Source: an uncultured Candidatus Saccharibacteria bacterium
GTDB taxonomy: Bacteria; Patescibacteriota; Minisyncoccia; Phycocordibacterales; UBA9973
Direction: 5' to 3'
Assembly: GCA_964404925.1 (NCBI GenBank)
Contig: CAYOLW010000003.1
Coordinates: 575 to 64,574 of the forward strand
DNA: 64,000 bases
The notes under the pieces are model-generated. The model was not told where the DNA came from. It did not search any database and saw only the letters and a program-made list of their open reading frames with translations. The first letter of the stretch is position 1; each line of letters starts with the position of its first letter. Below are positions 9,641 to 19,266 of this stretch, in pieces. The translations under genes and the position numbers were made by a program.

Positions 9641-10186
9641 CTATTTTAAGTTTTCAAGAATCTTTTTAATTAGTTCGTGTTGTGGAGTAAGTTCTATTTT
9701 GACAACATTAAGGCTAATGGCATTCCATTTTTCTTCAACTTTAAAGTTCAACATTTTAACCAAGTCTACAAAATCCATCTCCCTGGTATACCTAACAGCA
9801 TTCATAAAACCCTGAACTGAAGTAAATCGATAGCAGTCAGCGTTACAACAAACCTCAGATTCAATTGAATAAAAATTATTTGAACCATGGTGTTCTAAAA
9901 TACAGTGTCTAATATTTTCTTTATCTTCTTTCTGTAAAGGAAATTTTTCCATTAGCTCATTAGCCTTTTCTAGTCCCATTTGCACATGTTCAGGCAATCT
10001 ATTCTCGGCAATAGCTTGTGTTATTGCACAGTCCATCAGCAATGTACCCGCTTCAACAATGTCTATGTTAGCACCTATTTCTAAGGCTAGTTTTTTACCT
10101 TTTTCTGTAGCTAAATCTATCTGCGCCTTTGGCGGCACACTTTGGCTATATGCCAATTCCCTTGCTGCAATTAAAAATTCTTTCAT
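9641..10186 (-). CDS. HD-domain-like protein with degenerate motif (LLMD)
   Basis: GANIDIVEAGTLLMD...H...CILEHHG...ESEVCCNAD matches the HD fold pattern. Confidence 0.65.
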   Translation of the reverse strand: MKEFLIAARELAYSQSVPPKAQIDLATEKGKKLALEIGANIDIVEAGTLLMDCAITQAIAENRLPEHVQMGLEKANELMEKFPLQKEDKENIRHCILEHHGSNNFYSIESEVCCNADCYRFTSVQGFMNAVRYTREMDFVDLVKMLNFKVEEKWNAISLNVVKIELTPQHELIKKILENLK

Positions 10187-10195
10187 TCCCTTATT

Positions 10196-10822
10196 TTAAC
10201 ACAAGATTTTTTCTATTGTTGGCACGAGTTCACGAGGATCTTCTATAATAACAGCAGGGTTACCTGACTGTAAAAGTTCACGATTGTGTAGTCCCCAGGT
10301 TTCAGCAATAACAGGCACACCACAAGAGTTACCTTCCTCTATGTCACCTAATGTATCAGTCACAAACACCGCCTCAGTGGGTAGTAAGTTGTATTTCTCA
10401 AACAGAGATTTAATCCTTACTACTTTGCTTTTGTGGAATTCATAGCCCAGAATTTCTGAGAAGCAACCTCCAAGATTTTCTTTGTTTATGAAATTTGTCA
10501 CGACTGGCCCACTGCTTGAAGTTACTATTACTAGTATATATTTATCAGATAAATGTAAAACGGCATCATGCAGTATGTCATGTATTGTATAGCGGAAAAT
10601 ACCCTCTTCGTATTGTTTAAAGAATTCTTCATGCCCTGTTTCTACTAGATTATGTTTCACTTTTGCTTCTTGCCATTTTTCATGGAAATTACCATTTGAT
10701 ATTTCACTATATTGCTCAAACGTGAAATGCGGATTAACCCTCTGGTGTATCTCAAAAGACAAATCAGCTGTATTGATAAATACCCCATCGAAATCAAAGA
10801 TTACTAATTTTTTCTTATCCAT
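10196..10822 (-). CDS. HAD family hydrolase (phosphoglycolate phosphatase-like)
   Basis: FDFDG motif I, VTSS, K, FVTDTLGD, WGLH. Confidence 0.9.
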   Translation of the reverse strand: MDKKKLVIFDFDGVFINTADLSFEIHQRVNPHFTFEQYSEISNGNFHEKWQEAKVKHNLVETGHEEFFKQYEEGIFRYTIHDILHDAVLHLSDKYILVIVTSSSGPVVTNFINKENLGGCFSEILGYEFHKSKVVRIKSLFEKYNLLPTEAVFVTDTLGDIEEGNSCGVPVIAETWGLHNRELLQSGNPAVIIEDPRELVPTIEKILC

Positions 10823-10825
10823 AAT

Positions 10826-11470
10826 TTATATTTCAAAATTTTTAAGTTCCTCTATATACGGTGCGGCAGTAGCATCATTTATGTCTTCTGGTTTAATGTT
10901 ACATTTAGCAAATATTTGGTTTTCTATTTCTTTACCACAATCTACCAAATGCTGACGCTCCAAGTTGTCAAAGCCGCTTCTGCCAGCATACCGCCTGCGG
11001 GCTTCTTCCATACGTTCTTCATACGAAACAATTCCAAAAGGGTTCACTCGCATATCAGCATGATGCATTATTTTTAGCAGCACATCATCGGATGCTGCGT
11101 GTTCACATAAAAGAGTGAAATGATTCTGATCAGCTAATGCCCCAATTTCTTCTGCTAATCCTAACTCCCGGATTATTTGTATGGTTGCATTATGTTCATT
11201 TTCACCATATTTTTCTCTATATTCACCCTGTACAGCTTGCCAATACTCCACCCCTTCTGGTTCAAACATATCTGGAAAAACATCAAACTTGAATTTGAGT
11301 ATATTACCCATATCATGCAGTAGGCATACGGTGACTATTTTATTTTTATCAATCGTATCTCCCTGCCAATTATCACAAATCATCGCTGCTACTGCTGCAA
11401 CCCGCAGCATGTGCATTTGCAGTGTAGGTGGGATTTTATAATTTTTATATATTTCAGAAATCGTCCGCAT
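10826..11470 (-). CDS. HD-domain phosphohydrolase
   Basis: HMLRVA...CLLHDMGN...H...ADMRV. Confidence 0.85.
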   Translation of the reverse strand: MRTISEIYKNYKIPPTLQMHMLRVAAVAAMICDNWQGDTIDKNKIVTVCLLHDMGNILKFKFDVFPDMFEPEGVEYWQAVQGEYREKYGENEHNATIQIIRELGLAEEIGALADQNHFTLLCEHAASDDVLLKIMHHADMRVNPFGIVSYEERMEEARRRYAGRSGFDNLERQHLVDCGKEIENQIFAKCNIKPEDINDATAAPYIEELKNFEI

Positions 11471-14400
11471 TATTTTTCAATCTTAATTTTAAATACTAGA
11501 TTTTCTACTTTAATCTCAACACCATCATTAGGGACGAAGGACAGGTCTTTGGCACCAACTGTCTTTACAAAATCATCTTTGAATTTTTCTACTAATTCCT
11601 TTCCGGTGTTATCTGTTTCAATCAACAGACTAACCATATCACTTGGTAATAGATTCATTTGTTTACGGATGTCTTGCACAGCGCGAACCAATTCTCGATA
11701 GTCCCCTTCTTGTTTTAATTCAGGAGTTATTTCTGTATCTATTTTAATTTCTCCAGCCTTCACTTCTTTTACATTCAATTCATCTTTTATAATTTCTATA
11801 TATGAAGCAGCTGGTAACTCAGGCATAAAGAAAGCGGCCAGAGGTTGCCTAACTGGCAAGTTATTTACTTGTCTTTCTTTCATTCCAAGCGAAATGAACT
11901 CTCGAACTTTCTGCATTTCCGCTGTGTCAAAGGCACCCTTTGGTATTTGTGGCCAATTAGACAAATGCACACTCTCTGCGTCACCATCTACTTTCAACTT
12001 CTGCCACACATCTTCGGCGGCAAATGGTGCAAATGGTGCAAGTAGTTTTGCAATATTCTTTAGTACGAAATACAACGTTGCTTTAGCATTAACATCACCT
12101 TCCTTTATTCGATCTCGTGAACGACGCAGATACCAAGTAGACAAATCGCCCATGAATTCGCGCATGGCACGGACTGGCTCAAGCACCTTGTACTCATCCA
12201 TGTTCTTAGTGGTAAGTTCTGTTAGTTCAGCAAGTTTTGCCAATATCCACTGATCAAGCACATTCGCTTCCCCGAGATTGGACCTCAAAGACCCCAGAGG
12301 TCCAACCTCTGCATCCTTTTCTAAATTTTTATCTCTGTACAATTCATAGAAGGCCAGCACATTATAGTAGAGTCCAAAAACTTGGCGATTTAAATCAAGT
12401 ACAGTCTTCTCATCAAAATTCTTAGACTCACCTGGTTGATTAACTGAATACATCCACAGACGCAGAGTATCAACTCCGTATTTTTCAATCATACTCCATG
12501 GGTCAACGATGTTACCTAATGATTTAGACATTTTCTTACCCTTGGCATCGAGCAAGTGACCAAGGCAGATAACATTGCGGTATGCTTTTCCGCGACCCAT
12601 TAGTACACCCACAGCATGTAGCGTGTAGAACCACCCTCGGGTCTGATCGATAGCTTCAGAAATGTAATCAGCTGGGTAGCCAGGACCATCGACGAAATCC
12701 TTGTTTTCAAATGGATAATGATCCTGAGCAAAAGGCATCGCACCCGAGTCGAACCACACATCCATCACTTCTTTAGTGCGATGAAATTCTTCTCCATCTT
12801 TTTCCAAAACAACCTCATCGATATATGGTCGATGGAAATCAAGTTCATAATCTTCATTATGTGGTATTGGTGCAAAATCAAGATCTCGGCATTCTGCATT
12901 TTTAAATCTTTCAAAACCTTTGATAAACACACCCCTGTCTTGATCGGGTACATAGTCATGGCTATTCGGCGTATGTATACCAGAGGCAACAAAGAAAAGC
13001 CAAGCTGTGCCACCATGGGTCACAAATAATATATTTTTATTTTTATATTTTTCTTCTATTTCATACAGTGCTGCGCCTACTCGCTTTAACACATCAGCGA
13101 ATGATTCCCCGCCTGGTATTTTATGTGTAAACCAGTTCGCACCAACGCTCGAAACATAATCATGATAATCACGCCAACTTTTACCATCAAGTTCCCCTGG
13201 GTTAATCTCACCCAAACGCGGGTCTTCTACGACTTGGTCTTGAGACAATCCTAATCTATCACGTAATATTTCGGTTGTTTCTAAGGTGCGAGTAAATGGT
13301 GAAGTTATAATAAGGTCTATTTTTTTATCAGCTAGACTCTCCGCTGTCTTGGCTACATCTGCGCGTCCTGTTTCGGTGAGGTTGTCTTCTGCTTGTTTAC
13401 TGTAGCTCACGAGTCCGCTTTGATTACCCTCGGTGCCGCCGTGGCGCATGACGAAATATTTGTTTCCAGATTTCTTGGTATATTTTTTTAGAGTGTCGAG
13501 TGAATCAACCACAATCTTTTTACCATCACTGGCAAGCCACACCGGCAGGGGTGTTCCCCAATACCTTTCACGTGATATAGCCCAGTCCTTCACTCCATCA
13601 ATCCATTCACCAAATCTTCCCTCGCGAATATGAGACGGCTCCCAGTTAATGGTTTTATTTTCTTCGATAAGTTTCTTTTTTATTTCTGGATCGGTCATAC
13701 GCACATACCAAGAATCGCGTGCGTAGTATATAAGCGCAGTCTTGCAACGCCAACAGTGCGGATATGAGTGCTCATATAGTTCTTTATTGAAATACAGATT
13801 ATTCTCCTGCAAATATTTTATGATATCTACATCAAGAGTTGGTTTACCTTCTTCATTTTTTTCTTTTACAAATCTGCCTTCGAGGAATCCAGTACCCGGG
13901 ATAAATTTACCTTCAAGGTTCACAAGGTGGTGTTTAGGTAGTCCAACCTCGGTGCCGAGAACAAAGTCATCCTGACCGTACATCACCGCCGTATGCACTA
14001 TACCAGTACCATCTTCGGTGGTAACAAAATCAGCTGCATATACTTTGTACGCCCTGCTTTCTAACTTTTCTTTTTCAGTATCTGAAATAGTATCCGCCAT
14101 GTATGGAAAAAGTGGTTCGTATTCAAGACCAACAAGGTCTGAGCCTTTAAATTCAGATAATATTTCATAACCATCCCCTAATATAGACAGCCGAGCTTTT
14201 GCTAAAATTAAACTCTCCGGCTCTTTGAGGTCGGACCTCAAAGATTCCCCGAGGTCCGACCTCTGCCCGCCGGCAATCCTAACTTTTACATAATCAATAT
14301 CCTTTCCCAATGCTAATGCCACGTTGCCAGGCAATGTCCACGGAGTAGTAGTCCAGGCAAGAATATAAGTATTTTCTTGTCCTTTAACTTTAAACTTCAC

Positions 14401-15021
14401 ATACAAAGACAAATCTTTTACATCTTCATACCCTTGAGCAAGCTCGTGTGAAGAAAGCGCAGTCCCGCAGCGAGGACACCAGGGTACAACCTTATAATCC
14501 TTATACAGCAAATTCTGATCGTCTATTCTTTTAACCACACTCCAGAGTGATTCAATATAGCTATTATGATATGTCACATATGGATGCTTCTGGTCTACCC
14601 AGTATCCAATGCGTTCGGTAAATTTGTTCCACTGGTCGAGATACATCCATACGTTTTCTTTACACTCTTTGTTGAATTGAGCTACTCCGTACTCCTCGAT
14701 CATTTTCTTGGAGTTTAATCCGAGCTTTTTCTCTACTTGCAATTCCACCGGTAATCCGTGTGTATCCCATCCGCCTTTACGACGAACATGGAATCCCTGC
14801 ATAGTTTTGTAGCGAGGAATGACGTCTTTGAATGCACGCGCTTCGAGGTGGTGAATGCCAGGGTTACCGTTAGCTGTTGGTGGACCTTCATAAAAGACAA
14901 ACTCTTTACCAGAATTTGCTCGCTCGTCCATCGACTTTTGGAAAATATTATTTTCTTTCCAAAATTCTAATACCATCTCCTCGTTTTGTGCATATGCACT
15001 TTTTTTTATTTCCTCGCTCAT
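11470..15021 (-). CDS. ileS: Isoleucine--tRNA ligase type 2 with inserted histidine-phosphatase domain
   Basis: FYEGPPTANG, GIHH, GWDTHGLP, WTTTPWT, WAISRERYWG, DQTRGWF, KMSKS; internal RHG...SPFTRT...VTHGG domain. Confidence 0.97.
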   Translation of the reverse strand: MSEEIKKSAYAQNEEMVLEFWKENNIFQKSMDERANSGKEFVFYEGPPTANGNPGIHHLEARAFKDVIPRYKTMQGFHVRRKGGWDTHGLPVELQVEKKLGLNSKKMIEEYGVAQFNKECKENVWMYLDQWNKFTERIGYWVDQKHPYVTYHNSYIESLWSVVKRIDDQNLLYKDYKVVPWCPRCGTALSSHELAQGYEDVKDLSLYVKFKVKGQENTYILAWTTTPWTLPGNVALALGKDIDYVKVRIAGGQRSDLGESLRSDLKEPESLILAKARLSILGDGYEILSEFKGSDLVGLEYEPLFPYMADTISDTEKEKLESRAYKVYAADFVTTEDGTGIVHTAVMYGQDDFVLGTEVGLPKHHLVNLEGKFIPGTGFLEGRFVKEKNEEGKPTLDVDIIKYLQENNLYFNKELYEHSYPHCWRCKTALIYYARDSWYVRMTDPEIKKKLIEENKTINWEPSHIREGRFGEWIDGVKDWAISRERYWGTPLPVWLASDGKKIVVDSLDTLKKYTKKSGNKYFVMRHGGTEGNQSGLVSYSKQAEDNLTETGRADVAKTAESLADKKIDLIITSPFTRTLETTEILRDRLGLSQDQVVEDPRLGEINPGELDGKSWRDYHDYVSSVGANWFTHKIPGGESFADVLKRVGAALYEIEEKYKNKNILFVTHGGTAWLFFVASGIHTPNSHDYVPDQDRGVFIKGFERFKNAECRDLDFAPIPHNEDYELDFHRPYIDEVVLEKDGEEFHRTKEVMDVWFDSGAMPFAQDHYPFENKDFVDGPGYPADYISEAIDQTRGWFYTLHAVGVLMGRGKAYRNVICLGHLLDAKGKKMSKSLGNIVDPWSMIEKYGVDTLRLWMYSVNQPGESKNFDEKTVLDLNRQVFGLYYNVLAFYELYRDKNLEKDAEVGPLGSLRSNLGEANVLDQWILAKLAELTELTTKNMDEYKVLEPVRAMREFMGDLSTWYLRRSRDRIKEGDVNAKATLYFVLKNIAKLLAPFAPFAAEDVWQKLKVDGDAESVHLSNWPQIPKGAFDTAEMQKVREFISLGMKERQVNNLPVRQPLAAFFMPELPAASYIEIIKDELNVKEVKAGEIKIDTEITPELKQEGDYRELVRAVQDIRKQMNLLPSDMVSLLIETDNTGKELVEKFKDDFVKTVGAKDLSFVPNDGVEIKVENLVFKIKIEK
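12271..12309. repeat. Double-hairpin palindromic element in-frame in ileS (copy 1)
   Basis: gagattggacctc-aaagacccca-gaggtccaacctc; encodes EVGPLGSLRSNLG. Confidence 0.75.
14227..14263. repeat. Double-hairpin palindromic element in-frame in ileS (copy 2)
   Basis: gaggtcggacctc-aaagattcccc-gaggtccgacctc; encodes RSDLGESLRSDL. Confidence 0.8.
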
Positions 15022-15044
15022 AGTTTTTAAAATTTAATTAATAA

Positions 15045-15094
15045 TTAAAAAAGCTCGCCCTTGAAAAACATAAATGTTTTCCAAGGGCGAGCTT
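15045..15094 (-). terminator. T-box terminator hairpin upstream of ileS
   Basis: aagctcgcccttg...caagggcgagctt 13-bp stem followed on the minus strand by a U-run. Confidence 0.85.
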
Positions 15095-15240
15095 GCAAGT
15101 TCGTTTATGGTGAACTTGTGAACCGCGGTACCACCTTAGTTTGATCTTTTTTATAGCTATTACGGGCCACCCGTCGGGTTCTAGTCAGCTTTCGCCTTTC
15201 TTCCCAAAGCATCAGACATGATGTGTCTTCAAGCGCTTGT
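15045..15240 (-). ncRNA. T-box riboswitch (Ile, AUC specifier; ultrashort stem I; transcriptional)
   Basis: Minus strand: AAGGUGGUACCGCG T-box bulge (15137-15124) pairing with downstream CGCCCUU; stem agaca-cAUCa-ugucu (15228-15214); stem II with AGAA/GAA; CCGUAA pseudoknot-like segment; directly upstream of ileS. Confidence 0.88.
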
Positions 15241-15252
15241 ATCTTCACAATA

Positions 15253-16935
15253 CTACATTTTCTCTGGAGTTTCAATGCCGAGTAGATATAGGCCGTTTTT
15301 GAGCGTGGTATTAAACGCTTTTACAATAGCGAGGTTGTACTGCATTTCTGGGTTAGCTTCATCTATCACTCGCACCCGTCCATACCAAGAATTAAAGGCC
15401 TGAGAAAGCTCGAGTAGATATGCTACCAAATGGTGTGGTTCCCAAAGCGAAATACATTTCTCGACAACCTCCGGGAAACGAACCAAATGCTTTTCTATAT
15501 CGGTAATATTTTCTTTTGGCCCAAATTCAAAAGAAGCATTTGGAACTTTTTCCAAAACAGAATTAGACCGCACAGCGCTATACTGCAAGTACGGACCAGA
15601 GTCTCCCTCAAAAGAAAGTGAAGTCTCAGGATCAAAGTTTATATTTTTACCAGCCATACTTTTCAATATGGCAAATTTCAAAGCAGCCACAGATATCATT
15701 TCTTTAGTCTGCTCTGATAGATCTTTAGCTTTTTCTGTTACTTCTTCTGTTACTGCATCAAGCAAAGTGCTGGCAATCGGTACGCCACCTAAACGAGAAG
15801 ACATTTTCTGCCCCTTGAAGCTCATGCGCCCATGGGTACGATGCACTGTCTTGTCCTGCCAAGTTTTGTTTATTTTACCGGCTGCGTGCACTACAACTTT
15901 AAAATATTCAGACTGTTCGTGGTCAGTGATGAAAATAGATATATCTGGGTTGTATCTTGAGAACTTTAGGAACATTAAACCCACATCTTTCGCCTCATAA
16001 GTCGGATAGCCCTCCTTGTTTATAAACACGCGTGTATGTAGTCCGTCCTGTTCACCTTTGTAAATAGTAGCCCCATCAGACTCTTCAAAAACCTTCCCAA
16101 CGTTTTCGACAACCAACCTCTTGCCTTCTTTGCCGGCTTCACTTTCAAAAATATAAGCGTCAAATTTAGAACCAAGTTTGTCAGACATTGTTTTGAAATA
16201 CGACAAATTTATTTCTTTACCTATTTCATAAGCATCAAGTTCAGGACCTTGGATATGGTCGTAAATCATTTTTGTTATTTCACGTATGCGTGGCTCAATA
16301 CTTGAGTCTTCTTCCATCGCTCGAGTACCCCGTGCGTAACACTCACCAATATAAGTCAGCTTCTCACCCAAGGTATCCAGTGAATTGAGTTTATCCATAC
16401 CATCGAGAAGCATAATATAAATAGCCTTTCCGATACCGAGCGAGACATCTGAGGGGTACGAAATAGCGGTAACCTCTGCACCAGAAAACCGTGCAAAGCG
16501 TGTTATGGATTCTCCTATTGCATTGTTCATCAAGTGACCAATGTGAAAAGGTTTGAATAGGTTGATACTTGTGTGTTCGGTCAAAATTTCCTTACCTTTG
16601 TGTGTGTCTACCCTACCCCAATTTTCGCCCTGGGATAAAATGTTTTTTAGTTCATTAAAAAAATATTCGGATGATAAATAAAAATTAATAAACCCAGGAC
16701 CAGCAACTTCCACTTTGTCTATTTCTGTAATTTTATTTTTATTTAATTCTGCAACAATCTTTTCTGACAACTCTTTTGGGTTCTGTCCAAGTTTCTTTGC
16801 TAAAACCATTGATACATTGCACGAATAATCGCCCATCTTTAAATCAGACGGGTGCTCTAAGGTAATATTATCTACTTCGATATTCAACACTTGAAGTGCA
16901 GAAATTATTATGCTTTTTATTTTATCTTGTATCAT
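15253..16935 (-). CDS. argS: Arginine--tRNA ligase
   Basis: GDYS.N, AGPGFINF, HIGH, KMSSR, FEGDSGPYLQY. Confidence 0.97.
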   Translation of the reverse strand: MIQDKIKSIIISALQVLNIEVDNITLEHPSDLKMGDYSCNVSMVLAKKLGQNPKELSEKIVAELNKNKITEIDKVEVAGPGFINFYLSSEYFFNELKNILSQGENWGRVDTHKGKEILTEHTSINLFKPFHIGHLMNNAIGESITRFARFSGAEVTAISYPSDVSLGIGKAIYIMLLDGMDKLNSLDTLGEKLTYIGECYARGTRAMEEDSSIEPRIREITKMIYDHIQGPELDAYEIGKEINLSYFKTMSDKLGSKFDAYIFESEAGKEGKRLVVENVGKVFEESDGATIYKGEQDGLHTRVFINKEGYPTYEAKDVGLMFLKFSRYNPDISIFITDHEQSEYFKVVVHAAGKINKTWQDKTVHRTHGRMSFKGQKMSSRLGGVPIASTLLDAVTEEVTEKAKDLSEQTKEMISVAALKFAILKSMAGKNINFDPETSLSFEGDSGPYLQYSAVRSNSVLEKVPNASFEFGPKENITDIEKHLVRFPEVVEKCISLWEPHHLVAYLLELSQAFNSWYGRVRVIDEANPEMQYNLAIVKAFNTTLKNGLYLLGIETPEKM

Positions 16936-17357
16936 TTGTGTCCCGTACTACCCTCCCGGCCTTCGCCGCGAACTGTCTCTGACAGTAGGGATACCTCTAC
17001 AATATCACAATGTTCAAATTTTTGTATCAGCATCTGGGCCACTTTATGACCTGCCTCCATTACTACTTCCTCATTTTTAGTATTGTATAAACTCATGATT
17101 ATTTCCCCACGGTAGCTGGCATCGATCACCCCACCCATCACCTTGAGCCCCATGTTAAAAGATATCCCTGATTTATCCCAAATCAGACCCACGTGCCCAT
17201 CAGGAATTTCTATGGCTACCCCAGTAAGCACCCGCATTTGTGTCTGCGGAGGAAAAACAACCCGCTCATGTGCATAAAAATCCATACCCGCATCCCCTGG
17301 GTGCCCGTGTGTCGGCAACTTCGAATCTTCGTATAATTTTTTAACTTTGAGTTGCAT
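16932..17357 (-). CDS. dut: dUTP diphosphatase
   Basis: AGMD, KSG, GVIDASYRGE, AQ, RGEGREGSTG motifs. Confidence 0.95.
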   Translation of the reverse strand: MQLKVKKLYEDSKLPTHGHPGDAGMDFYAHERVVFPPQTQMRVLTGVAIEIPDGHVGLIWDKSGISFNMGLKVMGGVIDASYRGEIIMSLYNTKNEEVVMEAGHKVAQMLIQKFEHCDIVEVSLLSETVRGEGREGSTGHK

Positions 17358-17877
17358 GTAAATTATTTTTTATAATAGCAGAAATTTCTTTCATGTTTTG
17401 AAGTGAACCATTCAAAAAACCAGGAGTGAAGTCTTCTGGTTTTTTGTTTACCTGTTCTTCTAATTCTACTAGATTTATCCATTTTACCTCTGCCACTGCG
17501 TCTTTTTCTAAAATAAAATTTGTCGTGGAATCAACAACTACGTAGTATACACTGGCGAAACGTCTTGCGTTTTTTGTTTCATAGAAGTACTTTTTTGAAA
17601 ATACTGGGGTAATATCTTTTAAGCCAATTTCCTCTTCGGCTTCTTTTACTACAGTATCGTCATATTCAAAACCCTCAGCCACGGTACCCGCTACAGATGG
17701 ACCCCATTTATCAGGATCGATTTTTTTGGTCGGTCCCCTTTTTGCAAGCAAAACCTCTCCTTTTTCATTAAATACACACAGTCCAACGATTCGCTGAATG
17801 TCTTCACGTGTTGTTTCGTAACGCTCTTTATATGCAATTATTTCATCTTGCTCATTAACTATTGGTATTTTTTCCAT
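17341..17877 (-). CDS. NUDIX hydrolase (Idi/YfcD-like)
   Basis: AGTVAEG..Y.....KEAEEEIGL Nudix box; VFNEKGEVLL.KR...K...PDKW. Confidence 0.85.
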   Translation of the reverse strand: MEKIPIVNEQDEIIAYKERYETTREDIQRIVGLCVFNEKGEVLLAKRGPTKKIDPDKWGPSVAGTVAEGFEYDDTVVKEAEEEIGLKDITPVFSKKYFYETKNARRFASVYYVVVDSTTNFILEKDAVAEVKWINLVELEEQVNKKPEDFTPGFLNGSLQNMKEISAIIKNNLHATQS

Positions 17878-17879
17878 AA

Positions 17880-18560
17880 TTATTCTGTAAAAATATCTAA
17901 TAAAAGCTTTTTTAACTCCGGTCTCGCTTCACTAGTAAAGTTATGGTCTGTATCTATATGCATCTGGTTTATTTCGCTGGAAAGACTTTCCGGGTTGTTA
18001 GCCACAACTTCATCCTGATCAGCAAAAATAATCGTGGTGTTGTATTTCTGAACGAGATCGTTATATAAACCTATCGGCTCATATCTTTGCTTGTCTTGCC
18101 AAAACTCTTTTGGAACTATGGTTTTGCTACCATCTTTGCGACCAAGCACTGACTCGCCTTCTAAGTCTATATGAGTTTCTGGGTATTGTGAGAAGTACTT
18201 TATTGCTTTATTTATATCCTTACTCATTGATGGTGCGAGCAAAACAATCTGGTCAATTTTACCCAGTGTTGCAAGAGCGACAGGTATGGCTCCTTGTGAG
18301 TGGGTTATTATAGAAATCTGAGCTTCAGGATTCTGATCAATCAAGTTTGAGAAAACTTCAGTAAATTTCTTGCCTTGATCTGTTAATGAACTAGCAATGA
18401 TTGTATTCTCATCGGGCAGTTGGTTGTAATCAAAAAAAACACACCTATAACCTGGTAACCAGTCAGCTATTTCAGTAAACATCCCACGCGAATCCTTGCG
18501 TACACCGAACCCGTGTGAAAATATAACAAATTTATCCGTTTGTTTGTTGTTTGATTCCAT
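17880..18560 (-). CDS. Alpha/beta fold hydrolase
   Basis: HGFG oxyanion region, THSQG nucleophile, DQDEVV, DHNF catalytic His. Confidence 0.85.
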   Translation of the reverse strand: MESNNKQTDKFVIFSHGFGVRKDSRGMFTEIADWLPGYRCVFFDYNQLPDENTIIASSLTDQGKKFTEVFSNLIDQNPEAQISIITHSQGAIPVALATLGKIDQIVLLAPSMSKDINKAIKYFSQYPETHIDLEGESVLGRKDGSKTIVPKEFWQDKQRYEPIGLYNDLVQKYNTTIIFADQDEVVANNPESLSSEINQMHIDTDHNFTSEARPELKKLLLDIFTE

Positions 18561-18561
18561 T

Positions 18562-19263
18562 CTATTTAATTATTTTCTTAACTTCTTTATAAACCATTTC
18601 ATGAATAGCCTCGCGGGATAGTATATCGCCTTTTTTGGAACACTCTACCTTTATAAAATTTTTCAAAATCTTTGGCAACCACATCGCACTTCGGCGAGAA
18701 TTAGTAAGGAACGAAACATCACTCTCATGCACGTCTTTGTTCTTCTTTAAATATTTACGCTTCATCTGACTGCTTTCACGCTTATCTATAAGTTTCAAAA
18801 TTATTTCAATCGGCAGAGAAAGGTACAACGTCAGATCTGGGCGTGGAATCTTGAATGTTTCGTATTCCATTTCATCGAGCCATTTGATAAAAGCTTTGCG
18901 TTTGGCCGGGCTCGCAATTTTACCACCTTGGTGAATTTGGTTAGAGGACACATAACGATTAGATATAACAATGTTCCCTCCCCTCAACCATTTTTCAATT
19001 TTTTCTTTTGATTCCCACCTGTCAGCAGCATAGACAACGGAAGCTATTTTAGGATGAACCCCAAGCCAATTGTAATACTGTTCTGTCAGGCAGTGCCCAA
19101 TGAATTTACCAAAAAAATTATCATAATATTCCGGGAAATCTGCTACCTTCACTTTATACCCTTCATTTTTAAGCCTCTCGGCTAAAAGGGCAACCTGGGT
19201 AGCCTTGCCCGAACCATCAGTACCGTCAATAACTATGAATTTACCTTTTTTATTTTTCACCAT
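18562..19263 (-). CDS. tmk: Thymidylate kinase
   Basis: FIVIDGTDGSGKATQ P-loop, YAADR, NRY..SN, PDLT.YL. Confidence 0.9.
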   Translation of the reverse strand: MVKNKKGKFIVIDGTDGSGKATQVALLAERLKNEGYKVKVADFPEYYDNFFGKFIGHCLTEQYYNWLGVHPKIASVVYAADRWESKEKIEKWLRGGNIVISNRYVSSNQIHQGGKIASPAKRKAFIKWLDEMEYETFKIPRPDLTLYLSLPIEIILKLIDKRESSQMKRKYLKKNKDVHESDVSFLTNSRRSAMWLPKILKNFIKVECSKKGDILSREAIHEMVYKEVKKIIK

Positions 19264-19266
19264 AGA

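Noticed and set aside
15095-15122. Extra hairpin caagttc...gaacttg as a separate repeat element
   Set aside because: It falls within the T-box antiterminator loop and has no second copy in the window
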